This document shows, in pieces, positions 18,638 through 27,584 of a DNA stretch of 64,000 nucleotides. The translations under genes were made by a program, and so were the position numbers. The DNA comes from Acidimicrobiia bacterium (lineage in GTDB: Bacteria > Actinomycetota > Acidimicrobiia > IMCC26256 > PALSA-610): NCBI GenBank assembly GCA_038209365.1, contig JBBQXS010000002.1, forward strand, positions 19,038 to 83,037, given 5' to 3'. A model generated the notes under the pieces. It was not told the origin of the DNA. It worked only from the letters and a program-made list of their open reading frames with translations, and did not search any database. Within the stretch, counting starts at the first letter, position 1. Every line of letters starts with the position of its first letter.

Positions 18638-20259
18638 GATGGCTCTCCTACCGCAACGGCGCCCAGGGCGACAAAGGCCGGAGCGAGTCGTGCGCGCAGC
18701 ACGAAACGGCCCCTGAGCATGTCGGAGCTCCTCGGGTAGTCGCGCCGTGTGTGCGCCCCGCGGGATTCCAGACGAGCGATTGCTGCCGTCACGATCGCGC
18801 GCGACACGCGCAACAGGTTGCACACCTCGTACGAGCCGATCGTTCGTGGCGGGACGTTTTCGGCGAGTCCCCACAAGTCGGCGAGTGTCTCGGACGCGAG
18901 CCGCAGGCCGTCGGCGTCTCGCACCACCCCGCAGTCGGCGGACATCACACGCTGTAGCGAAGCGCGCAGGTCCGCGGGATCGGTCACGCCCGTGGTCTGC
19001 CCCTGCGGGGACACGAGCGGATCGGGCTCCGGTTCGTCTTCGAGGCCGACGTCGAGGACGCCGTGCATCGCGCCGGTAGGCGCGGCTTCGGTCTTGCCGG
19101 CCTTGATCGCCTCGACGACGCGTCGTCCGAACACGAGCCCGTCGAGAAGTGAGTTCGACGCGAGCCGGTTGGCGCCGTGCACACCGCTGCACGCCGTCTC
19201 GCCACACGCCCACAAGTGCGGGAGGGTCGTGGCGCCGTCGAGGTCGGTGACCACACCGCCGGACATGTAGTGCGCGGCGGGTGCGACGGGCAGCCAATCG
19301 TCCTCGGGGTCGAGTCCGACGGCCTGGCACGCGGCCCAGATCGTCGGGAAGTGGTGCTCGAAGTCGTCGATCATCGTGGCGTCGAGCCACATGTGATCCA
19401 TCTCGGTGAGCTGCATCCGCTCGTGAATGCCACGGGCTACCACGTCCCGCGGCGCGAGGTCTGCCAGCGGATGCAGGGCCGCCATGAAGGTCACGCCGTC
19501 GTCGTCGCGGAGGACCGCTCCCTCGCCACGCAGTGCTTCCGACAGCAAGGGCCGCGGCATCGAGACATTGTGGAGCGCGGTGGGATGGAACTGCACGAAC
19601 TCGAGGTCCGCGCACGCGACCCCCGCCCTCAGCGAGAGCGCGACGCCGTCACCCGTCGACAACGTCGGGTTGGTCGTCACCGCGAAGCACTGGCCCGCGC
19701 CACCGGTGGCGAGGACGACGTCGATCGCGCGGACCAACTCGATCTCTCCGTCAGCTCGGAGTGCCAGCACCCCGGTGCACCGGCCTTGTTCCACGAGCAA
19801 CTCGATCGCGAACCAGCCCTCGCCCACCTCTACGTCGGAGTTGCGCACTGCCGCGACGAGCGCGCGCTCGATCTCGGCACCTGTCGCATCGCCGCCCGCG
19901 TGCACGACGCGGGCGAGCGAGTGGCCACCTTCGCGGGCAAGGAGCAGCTCGGCTTCCTCGGTGTCGAAGCGCGCGCCGAGCGCGGCGAGCTCGCGCACGC
20001 GGTCCGGGCCCTCGGTCACCAGCGTGCGCACGGCCTCGACGTCGCACAGGCCCGCGCCTGCGGTCAGGGTGTCGGCCAGATGCAACTCGGGCGAGTCTGG
20101 TTCGGCGAGCGCGGCTGCGACACCCCCCTGCGCATAGCGCGTGGCGGAGTGCGAGAGCTCACCCTTCGTCAACACGAGCACCGAAAGGCCCCGACGGGAC
20201 GCGTGCAGCGCGGTCGTCAACCCCGCGACGCCACTCCCCAACACGAGGACGTCGAACAC
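18634..20259 (-). CDS. nadB: L-aspartate oxidase
   Basis: GSGVAG, AQGGVAAA, EGGHS, QFHPT, HGANRLASNSL. Confidence 0.96.
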   Translation of the reverse strand: MFDVLVLGSGVAGLTTALHASRRGLSVLVLTKGELSHSATRYAQGGVAAALAEPDSPELHLADTLTAGAGLCDVEAVRTLVTEGPDRVRELAALGARFDTEEAELLLAREGGHSLARVVHAGGDATGAEIERALVAAVRNSDVEVGEGWFAIELLVEQGRCTGVLALRADGEIELVRAIDVVLATGGAGQCFAVTTNPTLSTGDGVALSLRAGVACADLEFVQFHPTALHNVSMPRPLLSEALRGEGAVLRDDDGVTFMAALHPLADLAPRDVVARGIHERMQLTEMDHMWLDATMIDDFEHHFPTIWAACQAVGLDPEDDWLPVAPAAHYMSGGVVTDLDGATTLPHLWACGETACSGVHGANRLASNSLLDGLVFGRRVVEAIKAGKTEAAPTGAMHGVLDVGLEDEPEPDPLVSPQGQTTGVTDPADLRASLQRVMSADCGVVRDADGLRLASETLADLWGLAENVPPRTIGSYEVCNLLRVSRAIVTAAIARLESRGAHTRRDYPRSSDMLRGRFVLRARLAPAFVALGAVAVGEPS

Positions 20260-20322
20260 GCGCCTCAGCTCGATATTTTCTGGGTCGACTCCACGCTTCG
20301 CTCCCCTCCGCCGTCGTCTTCC

Positions 20323-20739
20323 TCAGCCTAGGTGCAAGGAGGGATGGTCGCGGATCCAAACCAGGTTCGAGCCGTTGCGCTCGACCGCTTCGCGCTCGCT
20401 GATCTGCCGGTTCGCCTCGTCGACATGCACGATGATCGGCGCGTAACCGGCGAGCTCGCCTTCGCTGTACGACGCATACGAGATCACGATCACGCGATGT
20501 CCCGGCTCCACGAGCCGCGCGGCTGCCCCGTTCAGGATGACGTCACCGGGCGCGCCTTCCATCGCGTACGTCTCGAAACGCGCGCCGTTGTCGATATCGA
20601 GCACGGCGACCTGTTCGAATGCACGAATGTCGGCGAGGGCCATGAGGTCGCGGTCGAGCGTGATGGAGCCGACGTAGTCGACATCCGCGCCGGTGATCGT
20701 GGCGCGATGGATCTTCGACTTCATCATCGTGCGTTGCAT
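20323..20739 (-). CDS. panD: Aspartate 1-decarboxylase
   Basis: MKSKIHRATIT, YVGSITLD, NGARFETY, NGAAARL. Confidence 0.96.
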   Translation of the reverse strand: MQRTMMKSKIHRATITGADVDYVGSITLDRDLMALADIRAFEQVAVLDIDNGARFETYAMEGAPGDVILNGAAARLVEPGHRVIVISYASYSEGELAGYAPIIVHVDEANRQISEREAVERNGSNLVWIRDHPSLHLG

Positions 20740-21725
20740 ACGGTTCCCTCCACCTTGCTCCCTGGCTCCGCTGCGTCCGTACGATGCCTATGGCTCCCTC
20801 GCTCCGCCGTCCCTGGCTCCGCTGCGTCGGCACGGTTGCTCCGGATGCCGAGATCGGCTGATGCCTCGCCGCCTCGCACCGACAGCTGCACGTTGTCGAT
20901 GAGACGGGTCTCCCCGACTCGCGCGGCGACGGCAAGCAGCACGTCGCCCTCGATGTCTCCCGAGCACGGCGTGAGGTCGTGCGCGTCACGCAGTTCGAGA
21001 TACTCGACCTCGACGCGCGGTTCGGTCGCCACGATCCGCGCCGCGACTGCAACCGTGGCGTCCACGCCGCGAACGCCTGAGATCACGGCGTCGGCAGCCG
21101 CTTCCAGCGCGCGCGAAAGCACGAGCGCCGCGTCGCGTCGCTCTGTCGACAGGTACGCGTTCCGGCTCGACATCGCCAGGCCGTCGGGCTCACGCACGAG
21201 CGGACACCCGACGACATCGACCGGCAGGTTCAGGTCCGCCACCATCCGGGTGATCACCGCGAGCTGCTGCGCGTCCTTGCGACCGAAGAACGCCGTGCAC
21301 GGCCCGGTGATCCCGAACAGCTTGGTGACCACGGTGGTCACGCCGTCGAAGTGCGTCGGCCGCACTCCGCCGCAGAGTCCTTCGGTGAGCCGGCCGACGT
21401 GGACCGTCGTGAGCGGCGCACCGTTGGGATACATCTCTTGCCGGGATGGCGCGAACACCAGGTCCGCGCCTTCCGCCTCGCAGGCGGCGAGGTCACCAGA
21501 GAGGTCGCGCGGGTACCGATCCAGATCCTCGTGCGCACCGAACTGGAGCGGGTTCACGAAGATCGTCACGACGACGAGATCCGTGGCAGCCCGGGCCGCA
21601 CGGATCAGGGAACGGTGCCCGTCGTGGAGGTATCCCATCGTCGGCACCAACCCGACCCGCCCGCCTCGGGCCCGGGCGCGCTCACACGCGGCACGCAACT
21701 CCGCGATCGTCTCGACGTAATGCAT
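20724..21725 (-). CDS. panC: Pantoate--beta-alanine ligase with repeat-containing C-terminal tail
   Basis: VPTMGYLHDGH, FVNPLQF, FGRKDAQQ, GLAMSSRN, RLIDN. Confidence 0.95.
   Translation of the reverse strand: MHYVETIAELRAACERARARGGRVGLVPTMGYLHDGHRSLIRAARAATDLVVVTIFVNPLQFGAHEDLDRYPRDLSGDLAACEAEGADLVFAPSRQEMYPNGAPLTTVHVGRLTEGLCGGVRPTHFDGVTTVVTKLFGITGPCTAFFGRKDAQQLAVITRMVADLNLPVDVVGCPLVREPDGLAMSSRNAYLSTERRDAALVLSRALEAAADAVISGVRGVDATVAVAARIVATEPRVEVEYLELRDAHDLTPCSGDIEGDVLLAVAARVGETRLIDNVQLSVRGGEASADLGIRSNRADAAEPGTAERGSHRHRTDAAEPGSKVEGTVCNAR
20759..20828. repeat. 19-bp direct repeat, two copies 51 nt apart, in the panC tail
   Basis: TCCCTGGCTCCGCTGCGTC at 20759-20777 and 20810-20828. Confidence 0.9.
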
Positions 21726-21790
21726 GTTCGGCCTCGCTCGGTTCCGGCCTCGATGGGTCCGGACTGGCGGGTCTGACGCCTGCAATCGTA

Positions 21791-21839
21791 CAACCTGCGC
21801 GGGCGGACCCGCCTCTCGGGGGATAGGCCGCGCAGGTTG
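21791..21839. repeat. 12-bp perfect inverted repeat between DUF2520 gene and panC
   Basis: CAACCTGCGCGG / CCGCGCAGGTTG. Confidence 0.75.
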
Positions 21840-21843
21840 GAGA

Positions 21844-22701
21844 TCAGGACGTGTCGGATGGGCGGCTGCCGGACTTCAGGTCGTCGAGCAGGCGGTCGAG
21901 GCCGGTGTCGCGGCTGCCGGTCAGGCGCGCCGCCTCCCGCGCCAGCGCGCGATACGCGTCCCGCTCCGGCGGGTCGAGCTCGCGCAAGTGCTGTTCGACG
22001 GTCGCGAGGTCCCCGCGTTGGACGGGTCCGGTAAGTGCCTGTGACGGACCGAGCGAGAAAGCGTTCTGTACCGACGAGACCACCAGCTGGGCGAACGCTT
22101 CGTACGGCACGCCGCACGTTGTCGCCAGACGGTCGACCTGGCCCAGCAGCGCGACCAGATGATTCGACGCCACTACTGCCGCGGTGTGATAGCGGATGCG
22201 GTCGGCGTCCGCGACCTCGAACGTGCGCAGTCCGAGCAAATTCGCGATCTCGGTGACACCCGGGTCGCCGGCCACGGCCGCCCACGCGCCCCGCAGTCGC
22301 TCCACCCCGATCGTCGACGACGGGAACGATTGCAACGGGTGGAGCGCGCCGACACGAATGCCCGTGCGCCTCTCGAGCAGCGTGTCGAACACGTCGACGC
22401 CGCGTGAGCCGGCGAGGTGAAAGACCAGCGCCCCGGGCTCGATCGACGGTTCGGCAGCCAGCACCGCTTGCTCGATGGCGCGGTCAGGTGTTGCCACGAT
22501 GACGACCGAGGCACCGCGCGCGACTTCGGAAACGAGCGCGGGACGCGCCGCGAGGCACGCGGCCGCAGCCGACGTCGATGCGGCGTCGGGCGCCCGGCCC
22601 GCAACCGCAACGACGGTCCAGCCCTGCTCCACCAAGGCAAGGCTGATCGTCGTTCCGGCGCGGCCGGGGCCGATCAACGCGACGGTTCTGACCCCTTCCA
22701 C
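21844..22701 (-). CDS. Rossmann-like + DUF2520 protein (PanG-type ketopantoate reductase candidate)
   Basis: IGPGRAG, HPLQSF, YH.AAVVASNH, LTGPVQRGD; sits upstream of panC. Confidence 0.88.
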   Translation of the reverse strand: MEGVRTVALIGPGRAGTTISLALVEQGWTVVAVAGRAPDAASTSAAAACLAARPALVSEVARGASVVIVATPDRAIEQAVLAAEPSIEPGALVFHLAGSRGVDVFDTLLERRTGIRVGALHPLQSFPSSTIGVERLRGAWAAVAGDPGVTEIANLLGLRTFEVADADRIRYHTAAVVASNHLVALLGQVDRLATTCGVPYEAFAQLVVSSVQNAFSLGPSQALTGPVQRGDLATVEQHLRELDPPERDAYRALAREAARLTGSRDTGLDRLLDDLKSGSRPSDTS

Positions 22702-23165
22702 CAAGAACGCAACTGTACCGCCGCTTCGCGGACCCCTTTCCACGACGCAGCGGCGTCGACGAGGTGGGGCGCGACATCGCGCAGCGGCGCGAGCACGAAC
22801 CCCCGTTCCCACATGCGTGGGTGCGGGAGGATGAGATCGGGATCGTCGAGCGCGAGGTCGCCGTGCAAGAGCACATCGACGTCCAGGGTGCGTGATCCGA
22901 AGCGTTCGCCGCGCACGCGATGCGCCTCCCGTTCCAGCTGTTGCGCGAGTGCCAGGAGCGCGTGCGGATCTAGGTCGGTTTCAATCGCGACGACTGCATT
23001 CAGGTAGGGGTCTTGCGGTGGGCCGCCGACGGGCACGGTCTCATAGACGCGCGACACCGCGCCGACGCGTACGCCCCGCGCGCCGGCGAGGCCGTCGACG
23101 GCCGCTTGCAAGCTCGCGAGCCGATCACCGAGGTTCGAACCGAGCGCGAGGTAAGCGCGCGTCAC
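22674..23165 (-). CDS. folK: 2-amino-4-hydroxy-6-hydroxymethyldihydropteridine diphosphokinase
   Basis: AYLALGSNLGDR, YLNAVV, RTLDVD, LPHPRM.ERGFVL.PL. Confidence 0.96.
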   Translation of the reverse strand: MTRAYLALGSNLGDRLASLQAAVDGLAGARGVRVGAVSRVYETVPVGGPPQDPYLNAVVAIETDLDPHALLALAQQLEREAHRVRGERFGSRTLDVDVLLHGDLALDDPDLILPHPRMWERGFVLAPLRDVAPHLVDAAASWKGVREAAVQLRSWWKGSEPSR

Positions 23166-23512
23166 CGTTCGATGCGCACGCCGACGTGCCGGAGCATCGC
23201 TCGGACGGGCGGCTGCAACTTCCGCACTTCGACCACGACGCCGACCACTCGCGCGTCCGATCGGCACACCTCGGCGATGCGCGTGGCGAGGCGCTCCAGC
23301 AGCCGGAAGCTCTCCGAGGAGATCACGCGGCTCACTGCTTCGCTAGTCGCGCCGTAGTCGACCGTGTCCTCGAGCGCATCGCTGTTCCCCGCGGGCGAGA
23401 GGTCCACCAGCAGCTCGACGTCGACCTCGAAGGGTTGCGGCCGTGTTTGCTCCTCGGGCAACACCCCGTGGACACCGAGCGCACGAATGCCGGCGATGAC
23501 GATTCGATCCAC
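23162..23512 (-). CDS. folB: Dihydroneopterin aldolase
   Basis: MDRI, HGVLPEE, TVDYG, LLERLA. Confidence 0.95.
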   Translation of the reverse strand: MDRIVIAGIRALGVHGVLPEEQTRPQPFEVDVELLVDLSPAGNSDALEDTVDYGATSEAVSRVISSESFRLLERLATRIAEVCRSDARVVGVVVEVRKLQPPVRAMLRHVGVRIER

Positions 23513-23599
23513 GACGCGACGGTATCAACGTGCCATTGCACACGAACATCAAATGACGAGGGATGGCCGCCGGAGCGCCGACCACTGTGGTAGTCCGGT

Positions 23600-25008
23600 G
23601 TGATGCGGCGTACGAAGATCGTTGCGACGATCGGTCCCGCGACCTCGACGCCGGAGACGATGCGGGCGCTGCTCGACGCAGGCGTCGACGTCGTGCGGCT
23701 CAATGCCGCGCACGGCACGGCCGACATCCCGGCGCGTGCCGTACTCGCGCGTGACACCGCCGACGAGCTCGGGCGCGCGGTCGGTGTGCTCGTCGACTTG
23801 CCCGGCCCGAAGTTGCGTACGGGCCCGATCGCCGGTGACGAGGTGGAGGTCGTGACCGGCAGCACGTTCACGCTCGTCGCGGTGCCGATCGAAGGCGACG
23901 CGAACCATGTCTCGACGACGATCCCGGAGCTCGCACATTGGGTCGATCCGGGCGACGAGGTGTACCTCGCCGACGGTGCGATCGTGCTACGGGTCGTCAC
24001 GATCGACGGCGCGGACGTGCGGTGCGAGGTCTTGCGCGGCGGTGTCCTGCGCTCGCGCAAAGGAATGCACGTGCCCCGGGCCGAGGCTCATGTCGAGCCG
24101 TTCACGGAAGCCGACGCCGCCGCGCTGCGCGTTGCCGTGCACATCAAGGCTGATTTCGTCGGGCTCTCGTTCGTACGCCGGCCCGAAGACTGCGAGTCGG
24201 TGCGAGCCCGGCTCCCGAAGCGCCGCGCGAAGCCCCAACTCGTCGCCAAGGTCGAGACGGCCGTTGCGCTCGACCATCTTCCCGGCATCGTCGGGGCCGC
24301 AGACGCGGTCATGGTGGCGCGTGGTGATCTCGGGATCCAGATACCTGCGCGGCGCGTGCCGCTGATCCAAAAGGAGATCATCCGGTACTGCAACGCGTCC
24401 GGCAAGCCGGTCATCACTGCGACGCAGATGCTCGAATCGATGACCGAAGCGCCGTTGCCGACGCGCGCCGAGGTCAGCGACGTCGCGAATGCGGTCCTCG
24501 ACGGGACGGACGCGCTGATGCTGTCGGAGGAGACCGCGGTCGGCCGTTATCCGGCGGACACAGTGCGGACGATGTCCGAAGTCGCCGAAGTCGCCGAGTC
24601 GTGGCCCCACACGCGAATGACACCGGAAGGCGTGCATGCCGATGGCGACGACGACCGCGTTGCCTGGGCCGTCGCGCACGCGGCGGTGCAGGCGGCCGAA
24701 GATCTCGCCATCGCCGCGATCGTCTGCCCGACCCAGAGCGGCACGACTGCCGCGTTGCCGCGTTCCGACCTTCGGTTCCCATCGCAGGCATCGCAGGCTC
24801 GCCGGAGGTATTGGGTCGACTGTGTCTCGTGTGGGGTGTGCGGCCGATCGCGACGCCCGCGGGTGCGGGAGAGGACCACGTGCGCGCCGCGGTCCGCGCG
24901 GCACGTGGCTGCGGGTTGGTGCACAAGGACGAGTTGATCGGCGTCGTCTACGCGTCGCCCGGCAAGCGCGCGGGCGCGACCGACACTGTCCGCGTCGTGA
25001 GGGTGTAG
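23600..25008 (+). pseudogene. pyk: Pyruvate kinase, frameshifted near 24750 (real lesion or assembly indel)
   Basis: RRTKIVATIGPA, DLPGPKLR, MVARGDLG, ATQMLESM, DGTDALMLSEETA in frame from 23600; C-terminal RVAAFRP..LVWGV..TDTVRV only in frame of ORF 24601..25008. Confidence 0.88.
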
Positions 25009-25013
25009 ACCGG

Positions 25014-25532
25014 CTAACGAAGCTCGTTGAGCGTGACCGCGACGATCTCGCGCCCGGACGCGTCGAGGCTGCGCGAGGTGAGCTTCTCGATCATCGAGAT
25101 GGCATGCGGCCCGTGGTCGACGAACCCCGCGTACAGCAGATAGCCGGCGAGCACCCCGAGCAGGCGGTCGCCGAACTCCTCGTGGTGGAGATACAGCTTC
25201 TCGTCAGGATCGTCGAGCAGCTTCGTGAGCGTCGCGAAGATCGCGGTGAGGCGTGGTGCGAGCTCGTCTCGCGGACCGAGCGGGACGTGCACGTACGCAA
25301 TGCCCGCCTCGTCGTACGCATGCAGGTTGTGCGGGGAGTCGAGCAACGAGACCACGTGGGTGAACGCGTTGACCGACAGCCAGATCAGCTCCTCCTGCCG
25401 GCGCACCTTGCGGTGGTTGCGCGCGAAGCCTCCGGGCCGCTCTCCCGCACCGAGTCGGTCCTTGATGACCCACGTGAAGTAGCGGGGCTGCAATCCCTGC
25501 GCCCAGCGGCCACGCAATCCCCCGCTGGTCAT
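25014..25532 (-). CDS. Protein-tyrosine-phosphatase-fold protein lacking the catalytic Cys
   Basis: FTWVI..LGAGERPG, G/AF..VVSL, YVHVP pattern; P-loop position reads LHHEEFGDR; overlaps folP stop. Confidence 0.65.
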   Translation of the reverse strand: MTSGGLRGRWAQGLQPRYFTWVIKDRLGAGERPGGFARNHRKVRRQEELIWLSVNAFTHVVSLLDSPHNLHAYDEAGIAYVHVPLGPRDELAPRLTAIFATLTKLLDDPDEKLYLHHEEFGDRLLGVLAGYLLYAGFVDHGPHAISMIEKLTSRSLDASGREIVAVTLNELR

Positions 25533-26410
25533 GCGGCGATGCCGTCCTCTGTCGCACGGTCCATCAGGCCGAGCAGATCGACCGCGCGCCGCGACCGTTC
25601 CACGTCGTGCACCCGTACGACCGCCGCGCCGTGCGCGAAGCACCACACCGTGACGGCCAGCGTCGCGTCCTCGCGGGTCCCGGGGCCGTGATCCAGATCT
25701 CCGAGCAGACGACCGAGGAAGGATTTGCGCGACGCGCCGACGAGAAGCGGCACGCGGACGATGGAGGCGAGCTCCGGGAGTCGTCGCAGCAGCTCGATGT
25801 TGTGGTCGGCGTTCTTGGCGAATCCGACGCCGGGATCGCCAAGGATCGAGCGCGCGTCGATACCGGACGCGAGCGCGCGCTCGACCCGCGTGCGAAGCGC
25901 CTCACCGACCTCGCGCACGACGTCTCCGTAGTGTGCCTGGTCCTTCATCGTGCGGGGGGTGCCGCGCGTGTGCATCGCGACGTAAGCAGCGTCGGCGTCG
26001 GCGACCGTTGACAGCATCTCGCCGTCGGACGTTCCGCCCGATACGTCATTCACCATCGACGCACCCGCCTCGAGCGCGCTGCGTGCGACGGCAGCCTTCG
26101 TCGTATCGATGCTGACCGGCACGCCGGCATCGGCAACGAGCGCGCGCACGACGGGCAGTACGCGACGCAGCTCTTCGTCGGCATCGACCGGCTCCGCGCC
26201 CGGTCGCGTCGACTCCCCGCCCACGTCGAGCACGGCCGCGCCCGCCTCGGCGAGCGCGAGGCCATGGGCGATCGCCGCCGGAGCGTCGAAGTACCGACCA
26301 CCGTCGGAGAAGGAATCGGGCGTGACGTTGACCACACCCATCAGCGCCCGGCGCGGCAGATCGGCGACGATCAGGCGGGGGGAACCGGGCACGTGGCCGA
26401 GACTAGCCAC
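25529..26410 (-). CDS. folP: Dihydropteroate synthase
   Basis: MGVVNVTPDSFSDGG, DVGGESTRPG, SIDT, DPGVGFAK, GASRKSF, VRVHDV. Confidence 0.96.
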   Translation of the reverse strand: MASLGHVPGSPRLIVADLPRRALMGVVNVTPDSFSDGGRYFDAPAAIAHGLALAEAGAAVLDVGGESTRPGAEPVDADEELRRVLPVVRALVADAGVPVSIDTTKAAVARSALEAGASMVNDVSGGTSDGEMLSTVADADAAYVAMHTRGTPRTMKDQAHYGDVVREVGEALRTRVERALASGIDARSILGDPGVGFAKNADHNIELLRRLPELASIVRVPLLVGASRKSFLGRLLGDLDHGPGTREDATLAVTVWCFAHGAAVVRVHDVERSRRAVDLLGLMDRATEDGIAA

Positions 26411-26433
26411 CGCTTGTCGTCTCCCGGGTCAGG

Positions 26434-27039
26434 TTACGAACGGCCGACGCCTGGTCCGAGCAGCGCCATGACCTCGGCACGGGTGGCCGGATTGTCCTTG
26501 AACAGCCCTCGCACGGCGGAGGTGACGGTCAGTGCGCCGGGCTTGCGGACACCACGCATCGACATGCACAAGTGCTCCGCTTCGATGAGCACGAACGCGC
26601 CACTCGGACGCAAGACTTCGACGAGCGCGTCCGCGATCTGGGTCGTGAGCCGCTCCTGCACCTGCGGTCGCCGGGCGTAGCCGTCGACGAGTCGCGCCAA
26701 CTTCGACAGACCCGTGATCCGCCCGTCGGCGCCCGGTATGTACGCGACGTGCGCGCGCCCGTGGAAGGTCGCGAGGTGATGCTCACACTGAGAGAAGAGA
26801 GGGATGTCGCGTACGAGCACCATCTCGTCGTGCTCCGCCTCGAAGGTCACGACGAGATGCTTCGACGGATCCTCGTGCAAACCGCCGAACAGCTCCGCGT
26901 ACATCTCGGCGACGCGACGCGGCGTGCGCTGCAAACCGTCGCGGTCCGGATCCTCACCGATCGCGATCAGGATCTCGCGCACGGCTTTTTCGATGCGCGC
27001 CACATCGATGCCTTCGGGTGCCGGGTCCGGGAGAGTCAC
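26434..27039 (-). CDS. folE: GTP cyclohydrolase I
   Basis: [42 protein letters not shown]. Confidence 0.96.
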   Translation of the reverse strand: MTLPDPAPEGIDVARIEKAVREILIAIGEDPDRDGLQRTPRRVAEMYAELFGGLHEDPSKHLVVTFEAEHDEMVLVRDIPLFSQCEHHLATFHGRAHVAYIPGADGRITGLSKLARLVDGYARRPQVQERLTTQIADALVEVLRPSGAFVLIEAEHLCMSMRGVRKPGALTVTSAVRGLFKDNPATRAEVMALLGPGVGRS

Positions 27040-27584
27040 GTCATCAGTCCGTCCATCGGGCCTTCGTACTCGGCGACATAGGGCAGGTTCCGGTAGCGCT
27101 CGTCGACATCGAGGCCGTAGCCGATGACGAACTTCGGGGGGATGCGAAAACCGACGTACTTGAGGTCGGGATCGATTCTCTGCAGCCCTTCCTTGAGAAG
27201 GAGCGCACACACCTCGAGCGACGCAGGGTTGCGTGCCTTCAAGTTCTTGCGGAGGTACGCGAGGGTGAGCCCGGAGTCGACGATGTCCTCGACGATCAGC
27301 ACGTGGCGATCCGTGAGATCGAGGTCGAGGTCCTTCATGATCCTGACGACGCCGCTCGTCCGAGTTGCAGATCCGTACGATGACACCGCCATGAAGTCGA
27401 ACTCCACCGGCAGGTCGATCGCGCGGGCGAGGTCGGCCATGAACATGAACGCGCCCTTGAGGATGCCGACGAGCAGCGGTGGATGATCGTCGTACTCGGC
27501 CGCGATCTCCTTGCCGAGCTCACGAATGCGTTGCTGCAATTCGTGCTCGTCGACGACGATCCGACCGACGTTCGGGTCGTTCAT
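27036..27584 (-). CDS. hpt: Hypoxanthine phosphoribosyltransferase
   Basis: [37 protein letters not shown]. Confidence 0.96.
   Translation of the reverse strand: MNDPNVGRIVVDEHELQQRIRELGKEIAAEYDDHPPLLVGILKGAFMFMADLARAIDLPVEFDFMAVSSYGSATRTSGVVRIMKDLDLDLTDRHVLIVEDIVDSGLTLAYLRKNLKARNPASLEVCALLLKEGLQRIDPDLKYVGFRIPPKFVIGYGLDVDERYRNLPYVAEYEGPMDGLMT

Noticed and set aside
17701-20830. Short repeats considered as CRISPR
   Set aside because: No regularly spaced repeat-spacer array and no cas genes.
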